A stretch of 64,000 nucleotides of DNA from NCBI RefSeq assembly GCF_006345805.1, contig NW_021836134.1, positions 124,001-188,000 on the forward strand. Direction: 5' to 3'. Positions 1-11,075 of the stretch are shown here, piece by piece. Position 1 is the first letter of the stretch, and the number at the start of each line of letters is the position of its first letter. Source of the stretch: Octopus sinensis. Lineage: Eukaryota. Under the pieces are notes generated by a model. It did no database searches and was not told the origin of the DNA. It was given only the letters and a program-made list of their open reading frames with translations. The position numbers were made by a program, and so were the translations under genes.

Positions 1-1253
1 TCGACCTCCGACTTCTTGAACGTCCAAGAGACACTTCAGTTCTAACTCTGACGAACGAGGAAATCAAGCGTTCAATTCGATCTTTCGGGAAAAGCAGCTG
101 TGGGGGCCTAGACGGACTATTCCTTTTTTCTACTGAAAAACAGTCTTCACATGCCAAGATTCCTTTTCGCTCTACGTTGCCTACCATGCTTCCCTCAGCC
201 TGACATCTTGAATTCTTTGGATTCTTCTTTGAGATCCACAGCCGAATCAATTCTCAACGTAAAATTTGATGACATTGGGTGGAGACAAGGAAAACTTTCC
301 GTCAGGTTTGAAGGTATTGAATTTCGCTCGCCAAAGGATCTGACCCCGCAAGCATATCTTTGGTCTAGCTTTGGTTTCATCTTCGATGTGTATCAGCCGT
401 CACCTAGCCAATGAGATTCTACTCTCCTATAACGAACTCTCATTGCACTTGCCGGCTGAAGTTGTATCGAATTTCTGAACCGACGCTAACTTACCCCTCC
501 CGTCCGACATGTCCGTGCAACGGAAATGGGATGAAATCTGGGCCGCCGACTCGTTTTCGAAGATGAAACCAGAGCTAGACCAACACTGGCTAGCGTGCCT
601 ACTCTCGGCCGCACATCCTCACAGCGGCGCATGGCTCGGCGTCTACCCATCTACATCAACCGGAACCTTTTTGGATGACGACTGCCTGAGGATCGGGATC
701 TCCCGATGTGGAGCCAAAGTCGACGCTAAAGGGCTCCACCCTCTTTCGTGTTGCAGGAGTGCCGGTCGAAGTCCTTGCCACGCCTCGCTAAATGACGTCG
801 TGTTTAGAGCCCTCAAGGCTGCAGGCTTTCCGTCACAACTTGAGCCTGTCGGATTAGACCGTGGTGACGGCAAACGCCCAGACGGAATGACAATCTTTCC
901 TTTTCGGGACGGCAAGTGCCTCGTCTGGGGTGCTACGTGAATCGATTCTTTCTCCCCATTGGCAATCATGTCATCTGCTACTTCCCCGGAAAAGGCTGAG
1001 ACGGCCAAAATTAAAAAATACCAAGAACTTGGACGCCAAAATTAAAAAATACCAAGAATTCCTACCAATCGCTTTGGAGACATCGGGCGTCGCCGGTCCT
1101 CTTACCTCGGCCTTCATCAGCGACATCGGGAGGAAATTGGCCCACAGGATGAAAGACCCACGCGAGGTTTCGTGGCTATTGAAGCGGATATCTATCGCCA
1201 TTCTCCGTGGCAACACGCATGCGGTACTTTCCGCAAGAGGGTGCGTGCTTTAA
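1..1253 (+). pseudogene. Degenerate CRE-clade (restriction-like endonuclease) non-LTR retrotransposon with the RT core deleted
   Basis: SFGKSSCGGLDGL (~80-118) joins directly to post-RT FFLLKNSLHMPR. Then HSGAWL, HPLSC..SAGR..HASLNDV and LEPVGLDRGDGKRPDGMTIFPF..GKCLVW (RLE), ending KYQEFLPIALETSG..RISIAILRGN. Frameshifts and stops present; homologous to 26605-28572. Confidence 0.88.
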
Positions 1254-1579
1254 CCCCCCCGGAGTTTCCCCTCTGCCCATTCCTTACTTAATTTGTTTTC
1301 ATTTGAAATTTCAAATTATTAACATATCAAGATAATTCGAAAAATTGTACAAGCTTAATTTTATTGATAAGTAAAACTAAGGTAAACAATAAGGTGGGAT
1401 GTGCCGGAAATAAAGGGTTGGACTGTATTCGACCCTATTTGAAATTACCCTGGGTCAAGTGTTATTTTTTATTTGATTTTTGGGATTTTGACAGATTCGA
1501 AAAAAACATTTTCAGATTATTCATTTCTATGTATCACATGATAAATGAATATTATAAATTTCATTCTGGAAAAATAAAA

Positions 1580-2012
1580 AATGGGAAATCTAATAAAGAA
1601 ATAAGTGACTATATAAACATGCCTTAATCCTCAATAAGTCAAATATTTTTTCAATAGAGAAAATCTGGTGATATTGAGAGCAAACCGCGTGGTGGAAACC
1701 GTTCTTCCAAATTGAATGATTTACACAACCAAAACATTCTTATTTTGATCGACGATAATCAATTATTAACACTATCAAAGCTAAAAGACGTGTTGTTTTA
1801 GGAATATAGGATAAACATTAGTCTGAGTACAATTAACAGAGGTCTTAAAAACTTTCACTACAGAGTGAAATAAATTGTGAAAAGATTAGCAAGGAAAAAT
1901 ATTGATAATATCATTGCACTAAGAAAAAGATATCCAGATAATTTACGAATTTTACAAATTAGAATCGAAAATAAGACTATCATTTTTCTCGCTGAAGTAA
2001 GATTTGCAGTTT
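1580..2012 (+). pseudogene. Degenerate IS630/Tc1-family transposase, N-terminal half
   Basis: HTH-like NGKSNKEISDYINMP, KPRGGNRSSKL, TLSKLKDVLF*EYRINISLSTINRGL, then IIFLAEVRF resembling the IF.DE first catalytic motif; in-frame stops. Confidence 0.6.
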
Positions 2013-2404
2013 ATACACATTCGAAAATCGAGGTCCGTATAAAAGTATTTAGCTTAATGCACACCTTCGAGTTGTCACACACTGGTTGAACTCAAATTTT
2101 CTGGACCGTCTCAGGTCATACTTATTGTCGAGCAAAAGTTTGGGGAAACCTCACCATTTCGTTATATTTTCATGTATAATCACGATAAAGCATACTTCCG
2201 CACTTCGTGACTAAATGATTAACGGTCATCGCTTTAGTTTTACAGTGGTTACACTGTTTCCGTTGACCATTAAAAAAGTTACTGTCCTGCTAATATGAGA
2301 ATAACCCTTCTAATTGGTGAGAGTTATTCCCATATTTCAGCCATTTTGATGACGACGAACGTCAATGTGCGTGTTGTCCAGGCTGCTAAAGAGAGTCTTG
2401 TGAT

Positions 2405-2880
2405 GGACTTTTAAGCTGATTTTTTTATTAGCGATTTCCTCTGAAGTTTGATCAACTCCTTCACATTAACTTGGATAGCACCCAGACAATACTTAGCCGA
2501 CACGTAGTTTTTTATAGTCTCTATTTGTGTATCACGCTCTTCTTTAACAGCAAGGATGGCAATCTTTCTTTGGGATACACTCGACTCACTCCACAAAGTG
2601 TCGTGCATCTTAGTAAGAATTCGCTCAAGTAAGTGTACGATGTTACTCAGTACACGTCATAGTTTCCCGCGAGACAAGTATAATCTCTTTTTATTGCCTG
2701 ATAATTCATGAACGTGATTCTCTTGGAGTACTCTTCGGACAATAAGCTTCATTTCATCGTACTCACTCGGCTCGAATTCGATCAGGCTAACGTATTAGTT
2801 TAGCAATGAGATCGTGTACTTGTTCAAGGCATGAAATAAGTTCCATGCATAGGGGAGTTTTACATAAAATTGCCTCCCTA
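2405..2880 (-). pseudogene. R4/Dong-type non-LTR retrotransposon fragment (post-RT region)
   Basis: Minus strand reads LFHALNKYTISLLN*YVSLIEFEPSEYDE..NKKRLYLSR, matching LFKAINEYALSLYNYYIGLINIEPFEFDD..NKERLYLSR in the 22178-25039 ORF. Confidence 0.75.
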
Positions 2881-3157
2881 CTTTGCACAGCCTCCACTAC
2901 ACACTTTCTCGTTTAGAGTATGATTAATGAGGCTGTGGTCTCACCCAGGGGCTGTCTATGCCGGAAGCTCCGAATTGGTTTGACGAGTGACGCCTTCGTG
3001 ATATTTCATCACACACGGACTTCAGACATGTATAGACATCCGAATGGGATGTCACGAACTTCCTAGCCTCGTTACTTCCGCCAAGAACTAAAGAAAACTG
3101 ATGAGATAAATACTCAATAATTTCGGATTCGTTAGAATAATTTGAAAATCAGGTATA

Positions 3158-3801
3158 CAGTGCCTGACAAAAAAATTGGATTTGTAATAAATCGACTTTT
3201 TTAAAATAAATTATAATTTAATTTTCTTACATCATTCTTGGTAAAATTAGAATTATTTTTTTAATTTTTAAACTCATGTATTTTTCAACAAGATAATGCT
3301 TCATGCCACAGTTCTCGAGTAGTTAAAAAATTTATATGCGATAGAAAATATAAAATTCTTGATTGGCCGTCTCAATCACCTGACCTTAATCTAATTGAGC
3401 ATGTTTGGGCAATGATGAAGAGAAAATTATTGCAAAAACCGCCGAAAAACTTGAAAGATTTGGAGACAAAATTAATTGTGATATAGGAGTCAATACCGAA
3501 AAAATACCTAGAAAATTTAGTTATGTCAATGAAAAAAAGAAGTTTGGAAGTTTATGAAGTACGTGGAGGGATATCAACTTATTAAATTTTAATTTGTTTC
3601 ATTAAAATAAAAAAAATCCAATTTTTTTTGTCCGGCAAATTTTAAATTCTGCTTTAAAATTAAATTCTAAAAGGCAAAAATAATTTTAAAACTTAAAAAA
3701 ATAATTCTAATTTTGCCAAGAATAATGTAAGAAAATTAAATTATAATTTATTTTTAAAAAAGTCGATTTATTACAAATCCAATTTTTTTTGTCAGGCACT
3801 G
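3158..3801 (+). mobile_element. Internally deleted Tc1 (DD34E-type) DNA transposon with long TIRs and TA target duplication
   Basis: TA(3156-57) CAGTGCCTGACAAAAAAATTGGATTTGTAATAAATCG... mirrored at ...TTTTGTCAGGCACTG(3801) TA(3802-03), ~115 bp of inverted match. Interior ~3289-3585 encodes QDNASCH..DWPSQSPDLNLIEHVW..GGISTY*. Confidence 0.93.
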
Positions 3802-3804
3802 TAT

Positions 3805-4149
3805 AAGCGTCCGGACGGAATGACGGTCTTCCCATTCAGCGAGGGGAAGTGTCTAGTATGGGATGTAACCTGTGTGGACACCTTTGCTCCCGGAACACTC
3901 AGTCTGCGTCGTGTGGTGCTACCAATACAAACGGAGGATGTACGCATCGTTTCTGGACGCGTACCACTTCGTCTTAATCGCCGTGAAGACGGGGGGCGTG
4001 ATTGGGCCCGCGGAAAGAGGATTCTTTCGGTCATTGGGAAGAAGATCAATAACCACCGGGAAACCACCTGGCTGTACCAGAGGGTATCTATATCAATCTT
4101 GCGAGGTAACTTGCTTGCTATCAGCGGTGCGGTCCTAATTTCCATCTAA
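3805..4149 (+). pseudogene. 3' fragment of CRE-clade retrotransposon (RLE domain)
   Basis: KRPDGMTVFPFSEGKCLVWDVTCVDTFAP..WLYQRVSISILRGN with a frameshift. Confidence 0.88.
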
Positions 4150-4500
4150 TTAAAATAATTAATTTTCTCACTTAAAATATTATAATGAAATAGCAGAATA
4201 AAAAATACAGAGAAAAAATAAAAGGCTAAAGTAAAATAGAACAAGAAATGATAAATTTATACAAAGGACAATGACACAAAGAATAAAGCCATCACGGATA
4301 GAAGCGTGCCAAAAACCCGTTTTTATATTAAGGATGATAAATAAAATTGAACATCCCTGCGTCAGACTGGTACTTATACAGACATGTTCCCAATTAATTA
4401 ATTAAATTTTTACTTTTAAAACATAGTAAAATTTTTTTAAGTATCAAATATTTCTTGAATAAAGACGTAAAAATATTAATAAACATAAAATCAAACTTTT

Positions 4501-5442
4501 CTAAATACTACATTCAGAATGATGGCGTTTTAAGGTATCCAATGAACAGGCAGTGGGAGGGCACATATTTTTAAGAATTTTATCGCATACAAAACATTTT
4601 TTAGAGAACAAATCTACGTATGTCTCCAGAAAATACTAAAATATAACAAAACTCTTTAAAACCATAAATCTTTTAATTCCATAAGCAATTCTTCCCGGAT
4701 TAGAACACACACTCATGAATACAGCAATTATAGTATCATTAGCCTAAAACTATAAAACAAAAAAACCTCCCGAAATACCCTAAACCGCGACTTTTTTAAC
4801 AAATCCAGATTATTTGACCGCTCGCTAATCCCTCGAACTACAATAGTTGAAAATGTATTTAAATGTAAAACGAAATTAACGTCCATACAATCGCCCACGT
4901 GAATCTATATTTAAGTTAAAAAATAAACTTGGAGAAGTGAATATCCTTCCATTTTTACAGCACTAAGTCCTTTAAATAAATTGCACATGTTTATCACGTA
5001 ATGGGCAATATCAAAATTGGTATTCCAGTCAAAATCATGATTATCAATTTTATCAAATGTGGAAAGTCTTTTTAAACCATTTTGAATTTCATCGTGATTT
5101 TTGATTATTGTGTTGCACCAATTTATAAGTTGAGTCAGGCAATCACAAATAAGGTCGTTAGTCATGTTCAGGCTAATGGGAAATGGTAGACCAATGTTTG
5201 TGTTGTATTTTAAAAGGCTGAGTGTTCCCTGGCGTATGATATCTCTGACAGTTACAGTTTATAATGTACCTCATAGCAAGATTTATAGAAAGAATGTTTG
5301 TGGCTTTTTCAGATTGCTTATTTTTCAAAATTTCGGTTTCATTGTTGATTTGAATTATTTTTTCAGCCATTTCTTTCAAGTCAATAATACTTTGAATTCC
5401 ATGGTGAAACCGATCGTTAGGAATTAAACCAACAGCGGACAT
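4501..5442 (-). CDS. MED27: Mediator subunit 27-like, about 280 aa, 4 micro-introns
   Basis: Removing GT-AG introns 5245-5269 (25 nt), 4905-4928 (24), 4744-4766 (23) and 4636-4662 (27) gives one open 843-nt frame. It ends IVVRGISERSNNLDLLKKSRFRVFREANDT..FMYFLETYVDLFSKKCFVCDKILKNMCPPT..LKRHHSECSI*, which matches the MED27 C-terminal pattern (SY..LF..PC..CGK.L....PPT....FHD.C) as I recall it. Confidence 0.78.
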
Positions 5443-5867
5443 CAAAAAAATGTTTTAAATTAATTTAGAATAAATAATTTAATTTAATTATTTAAAAATT
5501 TTATAAAAAACAAGTTGGATCTTTTATTTATATTCCTTTGATTTTAATGACTTCTCAAAAATCAGAAGAAAACGAAATAATTGATAAAAATGTTTTACTA
5601 ACTAAGTTTATCACAAATTGAAAGTTTGAGCACTTAGGTTCTTAGCAAATAAAATTAAAATTATTTTGATGTCTATTTTCTCAATTTAGTTTGATTGAAC
5701 TTGGTCGTTTTAAATGCGTGGAATGTCTTTTTAGTCTCAAGTTTAGGGTAAATAAATATGAGACTTTGCTAAGAGATCAAACAGATTGACTTACAGTTTT
5801 ACATCGATAATATTAAAATTTATTATTTCATTTTTATTCTTTAATTAATTTTTAAATATTTTTAAGC

Positions 5868-7143
5868 ATGCCAGCGTAGCTTAGTCGCAACTTGAAGCAA
5901 AAGATTTCCGAATCATTAATGAAAGGAGATATTTCTGAAAGAAAAATTTGTCGATTATATAATATTGGGAAAGGAACTGTCTCAAGAATTAAAAAAGAAA
6001 TTGGAAAAGGATTTTCAAAAGCAGAAACGTGCTCTGATGAACACTCGTTTAAGAACTTTGAATCAGATCTTTCTATTCGAATTAGTCTTTGAGAGAATTT
6101 GAGAGAAAAATTTGAGAGAAGATGGGATTTCAGTTTCAGGATTTCTCCTGAAAACTGTTGCAAAAAAAATTGCATCGAACCTTAACTTCGATAATTTTAA
6201 AGCATCGAATGGATGGTTGGATCGTTTTAAAAAACGTCACGAATTACTGTTTAAAGTAATTTCCGGAGAAAATAACTCGTGCGACAAAGATAAGATCGAA
6301 GATTTTTTTAATGATTACGACAATTTATTTGATAAATTCGAGAAAAAAGATATTTTCAACTGTGACGAAACATCCCTTTTTGTCAAAAAGAATTCATGTA
6401 AATCATTTGTATCTTCGAATGACGACTGTTTCGGTAAAACAAAAAGTAAAGAACGAGTTTCGGTTCTTTTATGCTCGATGACGATTGATATTTTCGATAA
6501 ATGGTTACAGAAGATAAACTTCGAAATGGCTCAAAAAACAGAAAAATTTTGATTCTTATGGATAATGGACCGTGCCACAAATTACAAGAATATTCAAATT
6601 TATCATTTCTTAAATTTCCTAAAAATACAACAGCACTTCTTCAACCTTTAGATATGGGGATCATAAATTCGTTTAAAGCCTATTATAGCAACGTTCTTTA
6701 TGAAATGATATGATCTTAAAAAATACTATTCGACTTTATTGAAAATTAATATGAGGCAAATAATCGCATATGTGGGAGAAGCATGGAGTCGAGTAACAAC
6801 AACAAAAATTGTCAATTGTTGGATGAAAATAAACTAACAGAGAACATGTTTTCCTGAAATTAATTCAAAAAAAGAATCTGAATTAATTGATAAGCATGTT
6901 TTAGCTTTAATGGATCTTGAAATAAACGGAATTGAGGATAATGATACTTTGTATAATGGAAATGATGAAATTGAAGGGTCCGACTTAAAAGATTCAATGA
7001 GAATAATTAATGATCTTGAAACTTCCTTATTTAACACTTGCCCTGAAGGACTCAAAGAATACTATGAATTCAAGATAAAAATGTCGAAGATTCTAAGAAA
7101 TAAATATAATATTGGATTCAAAATAACTGATTATTTTTCATAG
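5868..7143 (+). pseudogene. pogo/Tigger (CENP-B-like, DDE_1) transposase pseudogene
   Basis: FKASNGWLDRFKKRH, IFNCDETSLF, KERVSVLLC, KILILMDNGPCH, PKNTTALLQPLDMGIINSFKAYY; stops, frameshifts and an internal deletion. Short CTAT.TTTGGGGCA repeats at ~7238-7285 may be subterminal. Confidence 0.92.
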
Positions 7144-7294
7144 AATAAATTAATTCCTCTTTTTTAATACGAAAAAACATATTTTATTATTAAAAATACA
7201 GATATTTGCTTTTAAAATGTAAAAATTATATATACCTCTATCTTTGGGGCACCCTCTATATTTGGGGCACTTTTCTATTGGGGCAAGTCGTACG

Positions 7295-7520
7295 TAATTC
7301 TCAAAAAGTCAACACTAAAGCTTGCGTTTTCTGCGGTTTCTAAATCAACAAGACAAGTGAAGGCCATGATTGTGCAGAAACAGAATAAAACCTTATCTAC
7401 GTTTTTCGTTGAGACTAATAGTAAAAGAAGAAGATCTTGTAATTTTCGCGGAACTAGTTTCAACATACCATGGCGTTATTCATCACCACAGCTTTTCCAG
7501 TAAAGACTGTGGCATCCAGT
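7295..7520 (+). pseudogene. Possible hAT-like transposase fragment
   Basis: AELVSTYHGVIHHHSFSSKDCG resembles the AE....H...H..SF.S.DC motif of hAT transposases; short. Confidence 0.4.
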
Positions 7521-8286
7521 CAAGTCCGGCCAGACAAGTTTTCCTGTCAATTTCAATGTGAACTGTGAAGGAGTATTATGAATGCACTTTGGAGAAACTG
7601 TAGAAACATATTGATCTCGTTAAAGCAGAACTGATGATAAAAATGAACTTTTCAAAAATGGTTTAATGACTTTTACTGGTTCATCAGCAAAGAAAAAAAT
7701 CTTCTTCAAGGGCAAAAGTACACAGAAAATATAAATTTAAAAGCGACATGGATTGATTTTTGAACTTTTGAAAAAATAAATCTTTTGCACATTTTCCATG
7801 TTTTAGTATTTTTTACTTTTACGCCTTAAATATTTTTCTATCATTGTGAAATTGATTACAGGTTTAAATGTTGATAGGCCAACACTGCGTTATCATCACT
7901 CTAAGCTGCACACCAGACTATGTTGCTTTGGATTTCAATATGTCGTTCTTCGTAAACTTTCGTTCTAAAAATCTTAGAATGGATGGTCTTAGGGTGTCAC
8001 AAGACAAAAATTTGTCCAACCTATGTATATCTAATATAAATCAACAACCCCATACAAGTATGTCTTGATAAACATTGGACGAAATTGAGGATACAAATGC
8101 TATACTTTTAATCAGTTGATCTAACTCACAAAAACTTATCTCTAACACAACTGGATTAGAGCTGTCTTTAAATTAGTGAACTCCAATTTTAGAAAAAAAT
8201 TAAGTTAGAAATGTGTCTATAGTATTTTTAAAAACTAAAATAAATAATAAATTGACACCTTTGGTGGTTGGTCACATTGACGGAAA

Positions 8287-8847
8287 ATGAAAACGTCAAT
8301 GCTGATAAAAGCATTTTTCTCAACCGGACGACCTCTACCAAAAACAGGGACCACGATTTATGAAATCGTCTCAAGAATAAATCCCCGAATGTATTCATTT
8401 CTGGGACTCGTGTCGGTCACCGGGTATTTCTCCTTTTCTTTCAACGTCCTCCACATGACCAGACAAGTGGAAATTGGAAAGAAACGATACATCCACAGTC
8501 TTTCTGAGTTTGTGTCACAACACGATGTCGCGGTCAGTCTCCTCTCCTCTGTCCTTGGATTGGCTTTTTCCGTGGTCTTCCTTTTTTGTCCGGCGAGGGT
8601 TGTCCACAATATTCGACTCGTTGATTCCGACACTGTGAGAGTTCAGACTTTCTTTATTCTTAAAAGTTTGGGTTCCTTCGTCGTGCCGTTTCGAGATATT
8701 TCCTTCAGGACTTCTCGCCACTCGAGGGGGCGACTTTTTTCCTTTAAAGTGAAAGGTCGTCCGTTCCTTTATTACATGGCCACGAGTGGACACATTCCTA
8801 ATACACATTATTTTGACACTGTTTTTGCTCTTAAGAGGAATTTCTAA
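8287..8847 (+). CDS. TMEM223: TMEM223-like mitochondrial membrane protein, intronless, 186 aa
   Basis: Two hydrophobic helices, then [51 protein letters not shown], matching the TMEM223 C-terminus (LKVKGRRFYFLLD..GHFPNT.LFD). Confidence 0.82.
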   Translation: MKTSMLIKAFFSTGRPLPKTGTTIYEIVSRINPRMYSFLGLVSVTGYFSFSFNVLHMTRQVEIGKKRYIHSLSEFVSQHDVAVSLLSSVLGLAFSVVFLFCPARVVHNIRLVDSDTVRVQTFFILKSLGSFVVPFRDISFRTSRHSRGRLFSFKVKGRPFLYYMATSGHIPNTHYFDTVFALKRNF

Positions 8848-8908
8848 TATTTTAATTTTTTTTTCAATTGTTTTGTTTTTTTATTTAAATAATACATTTG
8901 TGCAGGTC

Positions 8909-11050
8909 ATGCTTAAAGGTTGGTGGTGCATAAGTGAAATAGGTACCCCAAAAGAGCATGATTCGTACATCAAAACAGCCATTGTGGACAAAATCAAATG
9001 CCGCCCAACCCAGTGCAGTCTGGAGTGCAAGAATTTTTGTCCAGTCGTCAAAACAGGAAAAACGTGCATTGTCGTGGAAAAGCAGTCCAAAATTGCCGAC
9101 ATTTCCGAAACTCTCTGCATTGGCTGTGGAATCTGTCAGAAGGTAGAGGAGACTGACCACTCAGAAATGTCCCTTCAACGCCATCAGCATCATCAACCTC
9201 CCCACCAACCTCAAAAACCTGACCACCCACCGCTACGGTCCCAACCAATTCAAACTTCACCGCCTCCCAATTCCCCGTCCAGGAGAAGTCCTCGGACTGG
9301 TCGGGGCAAATGGGACAGGCAAGACTACAGCCCTCAAAATATTGGCAGGAAAACTAAAGCCGAATTTGGGGGATTATGGGGTGGGTGGTCTTACTGATGT
9401 GTAGAACCAGCCCGGATGGGAGCACATTGTGAGGCATTACCGGGGAAATGAGTTGCAGAACTATTTTAAGCAGATGTTGGAGAACAAACTAAAGATTGTG
9501 ATGAAGCCACAGTTCGTTGATGGACTGCCGAAATCCCTGACTGTTGTCTTTTTTGCTTTATTGAAGGGGACAGTCCTCGAACTGCTCAAAAGGAAGGCTG
9601 ACGGGGGAAATCTTCAACAAGTAATGGATATGCTGGGTAGTCTGTTGTTGTGACTGTGCAGAGCTGAATAACGTGGCGGACCAGTCAGTGGACACTCTGT
9701 CGGGGGGAGAACTGCAGAGGTTCACGATTGCTTTGGTGTGTGTGCAGGAAGCAGATATGTGAGAGTGTGAGTGACTCGTAGTTATATTTTTGACGAGCCG
9801 ACGAGTTATTTGGATGTTAAGCAGAGAATGCGAGTGGCCCACGCAATTAGAAGTCTTCTTTCTCGTCGGAAATTTGTGATTGTGGCTGAACATGATTTGG
9901 CTGTGTTGGATTATTTGTCGGACTTTGTGTGTGTGCTTTACGGGCAGCCGGGGTGTTACGGAGTCATTACTCTCCCTGCCTCTGTCCGCAACGGTCCTTT
10001 CTATCACTTATTTGTAGGAATCAACATTTTTCTCAGAGGGAAGATCCCCACGGAGAACCTCGTTTTTCGAAAAAACGAGTTGGTTTTTAAAATATCCGAG
10101 ATTGGGCGGACTAATCTAGACCACGTGCACACTCACTCTTATCCGGCTATGAAGAAACGACTGGGTTGTTTCTCTGGTTATTTAGACAATTTTGAGTTGA
10201 CTGTTCGCCCCGGGTATTTTAATAGTTCGGAGATTATTGTCATGTTGGGGGAGAACGGGACGGGCAAGACTACATTTATCAGAATGTTGGCGGGAAACCA
10301 GAAACCGGACACGGAAGGTATTGTGGGTAATGAGGGGTAGATTGTGTGCCTGTGTGGAATATCAGCTACAAGCCTCAAAAGATATCCCCCAAGTTTAAGG
10401 GCAATGTCGGTCAATTGTTGGGAGAGAAGATTCCCAGTCTGGTCAACCATCCTCAGTTTGTGGCCGACGTGATTCGTCCACTCGAGATAACCTCGTTGAT
10501 GGGGAAGGCGGTGGGAGTTGGTGGTGATGGCGTAGGTACAGACACTGTCCGGAGGGGAGTTACAACGTGTGGGAATAGCCCTGTGTTTGGGGAAGCCTGC
10601 GGATATTTACTTGCTTGATGAGCCCAGTGCTTATCTCGACTCGGAGCTGCGCATTGAGGCGTCCCGGGTCATTCGCAGGTAGGCCGACTGCTTGACTGAA
10701 GGTTTATAATGCACTCCAAGAAGATTGCCTTTGTGGTGGAACACGACTTTATAATGGCTAATTATTTGGCTGATCGGGTGATTGTGTTCGACGGTGTCCC
10801 GGCTGTGGCCTGCACTGCCTCCCCGTTCTACTTTATGCTTATTGAAGGCCCATGGACATGATTCCCGGTCTCAACACCTTTCTCCGCCAGATCAACATAA
10901 CATACAGACGGGACTGGGAGACTAATCGTCCTCGAATAAACAAGCCTAATTCCGCAAAGGTGTGTTTTGTGAGGAATATGCCAGGACATTGAGCAAAAGA
11001 ATGCGGGGGACTATTTCCTGGCCGGGCGACCCGATTCGAAGGATGATTAG
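8909..11050 (+). CDS. ABCE1: ABCE1/RLI1 ribosome-recycling ATPase, 13 introns of 21-25 nt
   Basis: Fe-S domain ([29 protein letters not shown]), two Walker A ([16 protein letters not shown]), two [19 protein letters not shown] and [11 protein letters not shown]. Introns: 8919-8942, 9143-9164, 9381-9404, 9543-9566, 9637-9661, 9759-9781, 9994-10017, 10165-10185, 10318-10340, 10511-10535, 10679-10701, 10825-10847, 10960-10984. Stop TAG 11048-50. Confidence 0.97.
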
Positions 11051-11075
11051 CATATTTAGTGAATTGTTTGTTGAA

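Noticed and set aside
1004-1058. 24-bp direct repeat GCCAAAATTAAAAAATACCAAGAA
   Set aside because: Local duplication in a dead CRE copy with no wider pattern.
4840-4930. Minus-strand NIDSRGRLY resembling the DxRGRxY motif of T7-like RNA polymerases
   Set aside because: It is an alternative frame across a MED27 intron/exon boundary and is followed by stops; the spliced MED27 frame explains the region.
8786-9397. 203-aa ORF overlapping TMEM223 with a Pro/Gln-rich tail
   Set aside because: Read-through of ABCE1 introns; the likely start is 8909 and the tail is an off-frame exon.
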